Below, in pieces: positions 26,301-38,185 of a stretch of DNA of 64,000 nt. Position 1 is the first letter of the stretch. Every line of letters begins with the position of its first letter. This DNA is from Pecten maximus (lineage: Eukaryota). The stretch spans positions 51,336,001-51,400,000 of the forward strand of contig NC_047017.1 of assembly GCF_902652985.1 (NCBI RefSeq), given 5' to 3'. A program made the translations under genes and the position numbers. Below the pieces are notes generated by a model, which was given only the letters and a program-made list of their open reading frames with translations, was not told the DNA's origin and searched no databases.

Positions 26301-27028
26301 GGATACAGGTAGGCCAACCGGTTAAAAGTGTTCTCGCATACTTCACAGAGTGATCCTGTGGTTGCTAGGAATTGGATTGATAGAATCTAACATGGGGAAA
26401 GGGACGACAGCTGGGACGCGGTTTAATGCTCTCTCAAATGGGGAAGGAGACGATAGCTGGGACACGCGATGATGCTCTCTCACATGGGGAAAGGGACGGC
26501 AGCTGGGACATGCTATGATGCTACTAACAATAGCATAAAGTCGTCATTTATGTAGCATTACCTTGTCACTAATTGATTTATGATTGATTAGACATCCCTT
26601 CCATGGAACAGACACGTGTAAGATTCTATTTATCTAATAAGTATGCAAAGAAAATTTTAGAAATAAGATCTGAAATTGTTGATAATTATTAGAACAATCA
26701 GACTAATTCATATAACGAATATTTCTTCTGAAATATTTTCTAGATCAGTTCTATCGTTCCAATTTAACTTGAAAAGGTTGTTTAAAGAATTACAGGTGAG
26801 GATTTGGAACTAGCTATCATTAAAATGTTATCAAGAGAGGTTTTAGCTAACACTGTTTATCTATTTATCCTTTGTTCAGGGTCTAGTAAAAGTGACATTG
26901 CCAGAAAGAAAAAGGAAGAACGAGAACAGAAGAGGTTACAACGACAAAAGGAACTACAAGAGAAACGAGAAGCTAAGAAAGGCAGTGGAGCTCTAAAGCT
27001 CGGTGCTAAGAAGATGGCCATGGACTAA
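11318..27028 (+). CDS. SCYL1: SCY1-like pseudokinase 1 (N-terminal kinase-like protein), 20 coding exons, about 905 aa
   Basis: Exons 11318-11431, 13483-13542, 13976-14056, 14619-14741, 15198-15424, 15789-15879, 16110-16265, 16599-16757, 17333-17440, 17925-18038, 19873-19965, 20384-20446, 20795-20983, 21269-21344, 22453-22575, 22991-23142, 23616-23729, 24117-24326, 25993-26308, 26880-27028 join in frame with GT-AG ends. Motifs: [71 protein letters not shown], acidic GW-rich tail, C-terminal LKLGAKK. Confidence 0.96.
13230..13440 (+). mobile_element. tRNA-derived SINE with V-SINE-like core
   Basis: B box GGGTTCGATTCCC followed by GTGGGTTTTCT...CTGGATACTCTGGTTTCCTCC. Confidence 0.7.
14020..14178 (+). 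repeat. 55-bp x3 duplication spanning the SCYL1 exon 3 donor
   Basis: cccaaacatactcacgttccttgatg(g/t)cattgaa|gtaagtgttgtgtcaacacct; attgaag at 14051, 14106, 14161. Confidence 0.95.
15871..15958 (+). repeat. 44-bp x2 duplication spanning the SCYL1 exon 6 donor
   Basis: ttagggaag|gtaga(t/a)tatataattacattgtcaacatcccgcag occurs twice. Confidence 0.95.
19700..19839 (+). repeat. About 70-bp x2 intronic duplication just upstream of SCYL1 exon 11
   Basis: aagtatatcaaca.gctcctagatctgtacaactatacttaaatagtctacctctctgtaggtgcagtc occurs twice. Confidence 0.9.
19932..20013 (+). repeat. 46-bp x2 duplication spanning the SCYL1 exon 11 donor
   Basis: acactttgcacgtctt(c/t)aagctaaagatgaacag|gt occurs twice. 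Confidence 0.95.
20143..20222. repeat. 20-bp x4 tandem repeat
   Basis: caagttttactttatatacc. Confidence 0.9.
22537..22820 (+). repeat. 73-bp x4 repeat spanning the SCYL1 exon 15 donor
   Basis: acctcaaaaatatacaa.aaggccaagcctggtacaggag|gtaggtactacagtgtc.agaatgtcagtcttc. Confidence 0.96.
23453..23615 (+). repeat. 32-bp x5 repeat ending in the SCYL1 exon 17 acceptor
   Basis: ttagtcaatcagtaccatattgtacccttacc x5, then tag|GAAAGT. Confidence 0.95.
24313..25785 (+). repeat. 40-bp x9 repeat spanning the SCYL1 exon 18 donor; the last copy is split by a transposon
   Basis: tgggcttacctaag|gtaggtttgatcaaagt(a/t)ggagaatt with cctaag at 24321-24641 in 40-bp steps; resumes at 25760. Confidence 0.96.
24650..25759. 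mobile_element. 1110-bp non-autonomous Tc2/pogo-like DNA transposon with TA target duplication
   Basis: TA|CCGTAAATATTCGGGTATAGTGCGCACT ... AGTGCGCACTATACGCGAATATTTACGG|TA; extra subterminal GTATAGTGCGCA copies at both ends; no transposase ORF. Confidence 0.92.
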
Positions 27029-27586
27029 TTGTGTTCAGCAGAGTATAACTGTACTGTGATATTGTGTTTGTATCGTCCTGACAAACTCATGTTCAGCTTA
27101 TGCAAAGTGACTCAGACTTGTGGATTTAGATGGGCTTCGTAAAATTAACAAAGCAACTTAAAGTGTAGTAAATATTCACTTAATTGTAAGACATATTTCT
27201 TGTGTTTAACTTTCCTTGGTTTTAATATGATAGGAAATCAAATTCTCATTCTGATTGTAAATCATAAGAGAAATACCAGTAATGAAATGAAAGTACCAAA
27301 TGAAAATAAGTCCTGACAACTGCAAATGATAACCGATGTTAAAAGAAATTAGATTGTTGATGAAACAGATTAAGATTTATAAAAAGGAAACTTTTAGAAA
27401 ACAGAAGATATTGTAATAAGATCCCAAAATAAGAAAGATTTTGTGTATCACGAAGTCTTGTATGCCTCACTTTTCACATATCATATGAATTTGTTTCCTG
27501 TGTCATAGATTAAGGATATTGGACAGAGATCTGAGATTTATTCTGTGGTAGCTGTACATATTAAAACCATGAAATAACAATAGTTA

Positions 27587-27753
27587 TGTAACCCTGGTAA
27601 ATACTAGCCCCAATATACTGCTTAGCTAGAGATCTTCTCGTTAGCTCGATCAGTTGAGCGTAAGACTAGTAAGCCAGAGGTACGGGTTCGATTCCTAGCC
27701 GAGGTAATGATTTAAATTTAATGGATCATGTGCTCTCTTACTTACTGTTAACA
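27587..27753 (+). mobile_element. Short TG...CA element with an internal tRNA-like Pol III promoter; related inverted copy at 31762-31908
   Basis: TGTAAC...TAGCTCGATCAGTTGAGCG..ACTAGTAAGCCAGAGG..GGGTTCGATTCC...GTTAACA. Confidence 0.7.
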
Positions 27754-28888
27754 ATTTACAGTGTAATTAGAAAACAAATTTAATAAATTTTTTCCTTATT
27801 CCCTTTTTTGAGGTATAGTTTATGTATGTAATATTCTTTTAACACAAGTTTCCATTTTATGTGAGATTTGTGAAAGTAATCTAAAGATTCCTTTTTCTTT
27901 CTCTTTTGTACCCTAAATAGAAAATCCTGATCAAGCACTATAAGTTGTAGTTATTGAGAAAATATACTTTTCGGTATGACTTTTTTCTGCCATGTTGGAT
28001 TTTTTAACCTATTTGTTTTCTTTGTACTTTGTACTGAAATCTGTGAAGTTATTTATTGAACATTGGCACGAGAGGTCATATAGCACAATAACACTGTCAT
28101 GTACATGTTCAGGAATATTTGTTTCAAGATGGTGAGCCAAGGTGATTACAGAAGATAGCAGTGTAATTACAGAATCGCTTATTTATAAAAACAATCTGAC
28201 TGAGAAAAGTACAAAGTCTAACTCAGAAATGACTAAAATTATTATTACTGGTTCAACCTTTATCAGTTGCTGTTTAGTTAAGTAACAACTGTGAATCCTT
28301 CACAAAGTTGGACAAACTCCCTGAGGGCATCCTCTTTTAAGCAATATGATGTTACACTCACAACCCTATGTTATATACAAACACAAAGGAAAATGATTTT
28401 GTTTATGTTATGCATTGGCATTGAAAGTCTGTAGCAAGTTCAGTTGAAAATGTTACAGATCGGGTCCAAAAAGTGATGCATTTTAGACAGACATGAGAAT
28501 TTTCAGCTAAAAATCTGATTTCAGACTTTTCCCTTATGTTTGCAGTAATGTGACGAGCCTTGGTTTTATATTTTAAGACACTGACCATGTATTCTATTAT
28601 CCTGCAACAGTTATCAAAAATAATCATTTTGAAGTGAAACGGTATCAACAATGATCCAAATATGTTCATCTTTAAAACGTTGTTTAACTTGGAAGTAGAT
28701 CAGTCAATTTGAAGCACGTGCTAAGATTCCAAAATACAGCGGTTTTCCGTCACTGTCATATATAGCAAAAATATATATGGTGGGTGTATTCCGACAAGGT
28801 GGTGGGAGTATAAAGATAAATATATGTATGATAAAACATGCAATATGTTATGCTGAAGTAATATTCACAAAATGATAGATACACATGT

Positions 28889-29780
28889 ATTTAACAGTTA
28901 CAAGTGTTGTTTTAAACATCACAGTTACAGTTGAATGCTGTATGTTTAAACATCACAGTGACAGTTGAATGCTGTATGTACGAATGATAGATATTTAACA
29001 GTTACAAGTGTTGTTTTAAACACCACGGTTACAGTTGAATGCTGTATGTTTAAACATCACAGTGACAGTTGAATGCTGTATGTACGAATGATAGATATCT
29101 AACAGTTACAAGTGTTGTTTTAAACATCACAGTTACAGTTGAATGCTGTATGTTTAAACATCACAGTGACAGTTGAATGCTGTATGTACGAATGATAGAT
29201 ATTTAACAGTTACAAGTGTTGTTTTAAACACCACGGTTACAGTTGAATGCTGTATGTTTAAACACCACAGTTACAGTTGAATGCTGTATGTACGAATGAT
29301 AGATATTTAACAGTTACAAGTGTTGTTTTAAACACCAGTTACAGTTGAATGCTGTATGTTTAAACACCACAGTTACAGTTGAATGCTGTATGTTTAAACA
29401 CCACAGTTACAGTTGAATGCTGTATGTTTAAACGCCACGGTTACAGTTGAATGCTGTATGTACGAATGATAGATATTTAACAGTTACAAGTGTTGTTTTA
29501 AACATCACAGTTACAGTTGAATGCTGTATGTTTAAACGCCACGGTTACAGTTGAATGCTGTATGTTTAAACACCACAGTTACAGTTGAATGCTGTATGTA
29601 CGAATGATAGATATTTAACAGTTACAAGTGTTGTTTTAAACACCACAGTTACAGTTGAATGCTGTATGTTTAAACACCACAGTTACAGTTGAATGCTGTA
29701 TGTACGATTGATAGATATTTAACAGTTACAAGTGTTGTTTTAAACATCACAGTTACAGTTGAATGCTGTATGTACGAATG
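28889..29780. repeat. Compound minisatellite (about 34-bp and 69-bp sub-units in a higher-order arrangement)
   Basis: acagttgaatgctgtatgt followed by either ttaaacaccacagtt or acgaatgatagatatttaacagttacaagtgttgttttaaac. Confidence 0.93.
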
Positions 29781-30599
29781 CCACATATCTCAGCTCCAGC
29801 AATGTCCCCCATATACACTATGTATCACTTACAGCACATCCACATAATCAAAGAAATTACATGTATCTCGAGCTGGTCGGATACTCTGCATTTAATTTCA
29901 TTATCACAAAAAATGTTGTTGTCAAACATGAATTTATCCTTTATATTACACAGTATAATGTTCCATTTTCTTGTGCTTGGGTAGGGATATGTGCTTTGTA
30001 TACAAAGTGATCTTGTCTGTAAAGTGATAAATGGATGTGTATTAGAGACGGTATAAATCTGATGTTTGAATGTAAATTGTTAATGCTTCCGTGTAAGAAA
30101 GAATTGTTGTTAGTGAGATACTTATTGGGATACTATTAAAGATAATGAAAATTAAATTGTTGTATTTGGTTTTTGTGTTGCATGGGAAGCATGGCAGACA
30201 CACAGGGATTACTTTGTCCATCTAGAGTAATGCCACACACAATAATAATAATCACCGTCCACATACGACCTCGGATGTTGTGTGGATGTTAAACTCAATC
30301 AAACAACCAACTTGCAACTGACCCTGAAATTTAAAAATAACACCCTTTTAATTAAGTGTACGTGAGCAGGAGACACATCACCCTTCGTGGAATTCTGGTC
30401 TTGTTACTATCTCCTCTCTGATATAATGACACCTTTTAATAGTCTTCTGGTACCATTATAGTATTGCAATGGACTTACAATAATGACCCATGACATTAAT
30501 TTGATAAATAAACAGACAAGTCCACTTTGGTCTAATTAAGTTGGCATACTTTAAGAATTTCACTCAGTTTTATAAAATGACGTTATTTGTCAATATGTT

Positions 30600-31690
30600 T
30601 CAACTGATTAAAGTGAATGACATTTAGGGTTTATGACACTCAGTGAGGGGAATAAGGATAGGCTTGTACATTATATCAAATGACGTCCTTGCTCTGCCGA
30701 TTTCATTACTGAACCAGTTGTCCTGAAACTTTCTACACTTACAACCATCATCTAATATGAATTCACATTTCAACCATCTGGGTTAAAAATGAGGTCATTG
30801 TTACTATAAATATATTTTTGATGTCCTTGCTCTACCAAGTTCATTAACAATCTAATTGTCCTGAAACTTCTTACATTTACAACCATCATCCCTTGTATGA
30901 GGTTGCATTTCGAACACCTGGGGTAAAAAATGAGGTGCTTGCTACTATGACTATATTTTGTAGGTCCGTGCTCTATCGACTTCATTAATGATTCAATTTT
31001 CCTCAAACTATATAAAACTTATTTAAAAGCATCATCTCTTGTACGAATTTGCATTTCAATTAACTTTCAACAAGCCGAAACTGAGATCACTGCTACTGAA
31101 GGATAATTTTTTGAAGTCCATGTTCAACAGACTTCGTTAATTTCCCGATTGTCCTAAAACTTAATACACTGACTCACTACCTTCATCTTTTGTAAAAGTT
31201 CAATTAATGTTAGTTTTCTCCTAGCCCTGAAATGCTGTACACTTACTCGTCACCATCATCTTTTGGGAAAATGGGTTTCAACCTCCTGGGGTCAAAATTG
31301 AGGTCACTTACTTTTGCTGTTTGACATCCTCACTCTACCGGCTTCATTAATTATACCACAGACAAGGCAAGTATATATGATTGTACCTGATTTTCCTATA
31401 ACTTCATTCACTTACAACTAGGATCTCTTGAATGGATTTGCTTTCAATCTCCTGGAACAAACTTATGTAAATAGACTTTTGTCATCCTCCCTCTACCAAT
31501 TATGCAACTTCATTAATTATCATACATTTGTATATAGTTCTGATACTTAAAACTCTTAACTCTCACCTCATTATATTCAGTAGTGTTTTCTTTAGCAACA
31601 TTGTCATTAGACAATTCTTACTATCTTTTGTTGTGTATTGGTCAATGTTAAATAGCGAGAGGATTCATATCACTTGAGATGCCATTTTGG
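30600..31690. repeat. Degenerate array of about 150-bp satellite/HINE-like units
   Basis: Recurrent gtcctgaaactt..acacttacaaccatcatc..ggggt.aaaatgaggtca..tcct.gctctacc.acttcatta. Confidence 0.55.
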
Positions 31691-32576
31691 TGCTCTACTG
31701 GTGAAACGGGAGGGGGGAGGGGGGAACTATAGTTTTCCTCTTTGTCCAATTTGTATGTATGTGTAATAGAGCGCATAAAAATTATTTTTATTTAATGCCC
31801 CTGTTAGGTTCAAACCGTGGACATCTGGCTTACCACTAGATTGAGCTACAGAAAAGTTCTCTCTAGACAAGCAATATTGATTGTGGCTAAGTAATTACGA
31901 GAGTTACACCAAATACCGAAGTTTTTCAGTGTTCTAGCATCTTCATTTCATAAAGGGATTTTGATCAAAATTCACATAATTATACTTTAGTCATGTGAAT
32001 ATCCTGTAACTGAGTTTAAGTATGTAAGTTGAACGAGGTTAAAGGTTAAATATATAATAAACCATTAATACATCAAACATGAAGAGCTCGAGGACAAAAG
32101 GTCTAGAGGATTAAAACTTACCACATCTGTTAAAAATTACGTTCTGGTTCTATTCTTTCATTGGCTTGTCAAAGGAAGTTTCAAGTTCCATATTGTGTTC
32201 TTTTGTATTTCATACAAACCTCAAGTTTTCATGTGCACAAATTTGTTTTGAAAGACCTTTTTTTTGCACAGAGCAGTAGAGGAATATGCTGGTACAAGAA
32301 TCTGACAGGCTTCACAGTTAACAAAATAATATATTTTAATACTGAATTAAATTTTATTTCCAAAAATATACAAATATCATGATAAATTCTTCATGCATAA
32401 ATACTGATAGAGTTGCACATCATACATATACACATACAAATATATACAACATTCTAAGGCAAATTGAACATAAAGAATTAAAGGCTTCAATGTACGTATT
32501 ACGTTTACTGGGTATTACAATGGGTAGCTAATTGTGTGTCTGTGATTAACAGTCTCCACCAGTTATTGGTATGAGT

Positions 32577-33930
32577 AGACTGGTGGTGACAGGGAAGTGG
32601 TACACTCAGAATGGTGGTGACAGGGTAGTGGTACTCAGACTGGTGGTGACATGGTAGTGGTACACACAGACTGGTGGTGACAGGGTAGTGGTACACTCAG
32701 ACAGGTGGTGACAGGGTAGTGGTACACTCAGACTGGTGGTGACAGGGTAGTGGTACACTCAGACTGGTGGTGACTGGGTAGAGGTACACTCAGACTGGTG
32801 GTGACAGGGTAGTGGTACTCTCAGACTGGTGGTGACAGGATAGTGGTACACTCAGACTGGTGGTGACTGGGTAGTGGTACACTCAGACTGGTGGTGACAG
32901 GGTAGTGGTACACTCAGACTGGTGGTGACAGGGTAGTGGTACACTCAGACTGGTGGTGACAGGGTAGTGGTACACTCAGACTGGTTGTGACTGGGTAGTC
33001 GTACACTCAGACTGGTGGTGACAGGGTAGTGGTACACCCAGACTGGTGGTGACTGGCTAGTCGTACACTCAGACTGGTGGTGACAGGGTAGTGGTACACT
33101 CAGAATGGTGGTGACTGGGTAGTGGTACACTCAGACTGGTGGTGACCAGGTGGTGGTACACTCAGACTAGTTGTGACAGGGTAGTGGTACACTCAGACTG
33201 GTGGTGACAGGATAATGGTACACCCAGACTGGTGGTGACCAGGTGGTGGTACACTCAGACTGGTGGTGACAGGATAGTGGTACACTCAGACTGGTGGTGA
33301 CTGGGTAGTGGTACACTCAGACTGGTGGTGACTGGGTAGTGGTACACTCAGACTGGTGGTGACAGGGTAGTGGTACACTCAGACTGGTGGTGACTGGGTA
33401 GTGGTACACTCAGACTGGTGGTGACTGGGTAGTGGTACACTCAGACTGGTGGTGACCAGGTGGTGGTACACTCAGACTGGTGGTGACAGGATAGTGGTAC
33501 ACCCAGACTGGTGGTGACCAGGTGGTGGTACACTCAGACTGGTGGTTACAGGATAGTGGTACACCCAGACTGGTGGTGACTGGGTAGTGGTACACTCAGA
33601 CTGATGGTGACAGGGTAGTGGTACACTCAGACTGATGGTGACAGGGTAGAGGTACACTCTGACTGGTGGTGACAGGGTAGTGGTACACTCAGACTGGTGG
33701 TGACTGGGTAGTGGTACACTCCGACTGGTGGTGACTGGGTAGTGGTACACTCAGACTGGTGGTGACAGGGTAGTGGTACACTCAGGCTGGTGGTGACTGG
33801 GTAGTGGTACACTCAGACTGGTGGTGACTGGGTAGTTGTACACTCAGACTGGTGATGACAGGGTAGTGGTACACTCAGACTGGTGGTGACCAGGTGGTGG
33901 TACACTCAGATTGGTGGTGATGACAGGGTA
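32577..33930. repeat. 31-bp G-rich minisatellite, about 43 copies, downstream of the B4GAT1 stop
   Basis: cagactggtggtgacagggtagtggtacact. Confidence 0.96.
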
Positions 33931-34225
33931 GAGGGACACAGCCCTACAGGCTTGTGACTGGAGCAGGACTTAACTGGAAGCAGATTTTCCCCTCTATAAA
34001 AACTTGTTGATGAATTTATTTCATAATTCATGTTTCAGTATTATAACTCAAGAATTATGTTCTGATAATTTGGGAGGATAGCATATATAAATTAAATGCC
34101 AGCACAGTCTCAGTAGAGCATATTTATGAATTGTCTGTGTCTTTTTACATAAAATAAAAACAGGTCAGTATCATTTTCCTGATCACAAGATAAGAATTTT
34201 TAGCAAAAATAATGCTTGGAAAAAA

Positions 34226-36703
34226 TCAATAGCATCGCCGAGTAGATTCCGGATACTTAGATTTTAACTCTTCCTTGAAATTTCTAAACAATATTCTGTT
34301 TTTTTCAAGTTCCTCTTCTTTTCCTTTGTGAAATTGTCCAGCAAATTTAAATCCTTTGTGAACTAGGAATGCACTATTCAAAACATCAAACCTGTATCCA
34401 GCTATGTGCATTTCACAAACCTGAAAGAATACAGATACGTTTATGAAGTATTAATGATTGATAAAATTAATGAAATATTTTTGAAAAATATAAAAATAAT
34501 ATGAATTAATATAAATGTTTGGCATCTTTAATCACAATCCTTAATCCGAAAATTGAATAATCTATAAATCAATGGTTTTATTAGGTCATCTGACCCAAAG
34601 GGTCAGGATGACCTATAACCATTGTGCTCCATCTGTCAACGTCTACCATTAAACTTTCAAAATGCTATTCCTCCTTAACCATAAAGTGGATTACCAAATC
34701 TAGAGTGAAACATAATTTGGGGAGGGCCATCATATTTTAGATAAATAAGGCTGGTCCGAACCCTTGGGAAAGAGGGACGGGCCCAAAAAGGGAAATTTTG
34801 CTTTAAAACTCTATTCCTCCTTAACCCAAGGGTGGATTACAACTAAGATTTGAGGTGTTTCATTCTTGAAAGAGAGCCATCATATTTTATATAAATGAGG
34901 CTTGTACAACCCCTGGGGATAGAGAGGCGGGCCCAAAAAAGAGGAACATTAATTTGTTGAAATTTTGCTTTAAAAACCCTACTTTTTTTTAAACCTTAAG
35001 TGGATTATAACCATATTTGTTGTAAGATATCCTTGAGGATGGGGCAATCATATTTTATATAAATGAGGCTGGTGTGACTCATGGGGCCCAAGTGGTGGGG
35101 CCCCAAAAGGGGAACTTTGCTGTAATTTTGCTTTCTATAATGATTCAATAGTCAAATGACCGTTAAGGGCCATGGCCCTCTTGTTATTCTTACTGTTATA
35201 GATCACATGGACTTGGCATGAGTTCCCAGTCCATACTATGATATACTATTGTTGGCTTATTACAGGACAACTATTGACATACCACAGGGACTTTTCACAA
35301 CTTCCCAAGCCATACTACAATATATATGTAATTTAATACATATATATGGACAATGGGTCGGAAATTTGTACAAAGTCCCTGTGGTATATTCCATACTTGT
35401 CCTGTAATAAGTCCAGGAAACTAATACAAGGACTTTGACTCAAGGGGGTCTGGTTTAATAATTAAAGCAGGACAATCAAAGAGCATTTATTAGCATTTTG
35501 ATTTTACTAGCTAGATAACAAAATATGTGAGTGGACTTATTACAAGCCAGATAAATACAGGTAAATATATCAGTTATCATTTCAAAAATATTATTAGTGA
35601 GATTTTACCTGACTTATTCTGTTGAATCCATACTGTTTAAACCTCTCATCATATAAAGGTAAATTTCTATCTGTGATAAAGAATGGTTCCCAGGGATCCT
35701 TCCAGTCTACACTGTAACCTACATCCAGGAAATTAACATCCACCAACTTCTTCCACTCATTATAACGAGTCTGCTTCTGGCAACGCTGACAGGCTTCCAC
35801 ATAGAAAGGGCGGACATTGTTTGATTTCATCTGAGTCAGTAACATTTCTTTGGTCTCTGGAATTTTTATAGATTCTTTGGCTTCAAAACTTGGCACAACA
35901 AAAGCAACTTTATCCTGTTTTGGACTCTGTTCATCTGATGACTTATATCTTTTTAAAAAAGTTCTGAACTTCTGTAATAAATTACTAGATGGAATCATAT
36001 CAATATCAACAACAAACACATAAGGTGTGTTTGCACCTTTTAAGGCAAAATTCCTCAATATATTGTGAGGATATTCAATTCCAGACACTGCATAATTCTT
36101 ATTGTTTGTAGTCTTTAAGTCTTTAAATGGCATATCACAGTTTGTTTCTTCATGAGGAATCTGTTCAATGTCGGATCTCAGTGGCGGTCTATCAATGGGA
36201 TAAATTATATTTAAGAAAACATTTTTCCTAATTTTGTTAAAACACTTATGAAAATAAAGAATTGCTTTAATAGCAAATGGAAAATCACTGTCGTATGTAA
36301 AAACGGAGATGGACACTGCTGCATCCCAACGTTCAGTCAATTCAACAAGGTCATCAAGATGATTAGCTGAGCATTGAGTGACCAGGGTGACATCATTGTG
36401 GTCATTTGTGTGATCTGATCTTGTATGTTCACTTTCGGGTAAAAGTAAATTCCTTATAAGGTAGTAAGATCCACTACTGTCCATAAGATGGGAATTTTGC
36501 AGCCGCTGTATAATGTTTCTCGGATTAGGAGATAACTTTGTTGTTATCTTTTGATGCTGTCGTTTTCCTGCCAACTCTGGTTCTCTTGAATTCAAGTAAG
36601 TCAAGGAATAAAAATGTGCAATTTGAAGAAAAATTATTGCCACTGCCAATAAAACAATGATTCTGCCCAGTCCAATTTTTCGCATACATTTTTCTAATAC
36701 CAT
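34226..36703 (-). CDS. B4GAT1: Beta-1,4-glucuronyltransferase 1 (GT49), 2 coding exons, about 429 aa
   Basis: Exons 36703-35609 and 34420-34226 (phase 0). N-terminal type II TM anchor, [12 protein letters not shown] (DxD), [20 protein letters not shown]|[25 protein letters not shown]. Confidence 0.95.
34576..35185. mobile_element. Apparently complete Helentron-associated non-autonomous element (HINE-like) in the B4GAT1 intron
   Basis: T-run + taggtcatctgacccaaagggtcaggatgaccta hairpin, three diverged 150-165 bp units, end aaatgacc..agggccatggccct-cttgtt. Confidence 0.75.
35254..35414. mobile_element. MITE-like inverted repeat
   Basis: cttattacaggacaa / ttgtcctgtaataag and ataccacagggactt / aagtccctgtggtat arms. 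Confidence 0.7.
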
Positions 36704-37100
36704 TGTGGTTTTTCACTTCTGTAGCTGCATAAATGTATCACAGACGGGCTGTAAATAATTATTTTCATCATACTTTGAACAAGTCAGGGCTTTGCTCGCA
36801 CCTCTTAGAAAACACCTGCTAGCACGCACCTGTCGTTGGTCTCTATTATGATTTTGCAAGATATATCGTCCTGAGTAATCCAAATATCATTATTTTCTTA
36901 ATCAGATCACAAGATAGCTCACAAATGGGCTTGTGTGAGGTGCATATCCAGCACACGAGAAGCACGTTTCACCGCTTCCAAACAATATTTATATTTTAAA
37001 CTTCCGGTCATGCGCATCTCCTACACATTTGATGTCAATTTACCCAATATGGCGTCTTGAGGGAAGGAACACAACAACACAGAGGAAGAACTTAGGTATA
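36704..37100. promoter_or_regulatory. Bidirectional promoter region B4GAT1/SUSD-like
   Basis: ETS-like ACTTCCGGT (about 37000), NRF1-like CATGCGCAT (about 37009), YY1-like AATATGGCG (about 37046), then donor TTAG|GTATAT at 37095. Confidence 0.6.
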
Positions 37101-38185
37101 TTTGTGGGTTAAGCTTAAAGTAACATAATCATTTATATGATGGTAATCATACGACACACGTGAGTTATAAAACATAATTAGGACGACATTGCTTACTATG
37201 ACGATAAGACCGTGATGTGTGATTTTTTCACTAATGACAGTCATTTGATCACTGTAACAATGTATGAATAATCTTCACAAACTCGGATTTTTATTTCAAT
37301 TTTGAACACACTTCTCATTACTAGGCATGGATATGATCATATTGTCCTTTTCACCATTATCGATAGCTTCATAATAATTCGAAAATAAGTAATTCGACTT
37401 CCTGAAGTTTTTATTTATACTTGAACAAAACAATGACAAAATTAATGTAAATACAGTAGAGATTTCTCCATGGAAAATGTTAACAATTATATATATGGTC
37501 AACAATTATATATATAGTCTAAGTTAGAACAAATAAATCACATTTTTGTCTCGACTAAAGTGTCACATATTGACAAGCCAAAACAATGAAATATCATCAA
37601 GCAAACGTATAAATGATTAAACATACATGTAGGTCATTAGGAAGAGCTGATTTAATTTGTCTCCACTCGCAACATTAATGTGCCTTAACCTGAATAAATC
37701 GTGAACCCATCGCTGAAATCATCACCTTATACTGATAGATTATAACGAATAATTTCAAATACAATCACATCTAGCGGTATATCATAAAATGATATACAAT
37801 ATAAGTCTGTGCTATAGCTTATGATTTTGTTTAATAGTGAACTTCATTTTTTTTGTCCTCTTATATAAAATAGTTCTTGTCACACCATATAACAGCTTGA
37901 TCCATTCAGAGTAAGAAAGATCAGAGTCCTTGATATGAATACTCTTTTCAGTTCCGTGGATTCTAAAGCACTATTTAAGGTCATAATTGACAACTTTTGA
38001 AATAAAAGCTTGTGTGCAAAATATTTCTTGAAGCCCTTATAATATTTATTTTATTGATTTGGGGAGTTGGGTATCTCTCACTGTGTTTTTATTAATGTAT
38101 TTCCTTTTTATGTTTCATTGTTATAAAAAGGATTAATTTTGATGTATTTCCTTTATTTCAGCTACGCTGTGTATATATATATAAA

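Noticed and set aside
32505-33812. His/Cys-rich ORFs, or a CRISPR-like array
   Set aside because: Head-to-tail 31-bp repeat with no unique spacers; eukaryotic context with no cas genes. The same applies to all arrays here.
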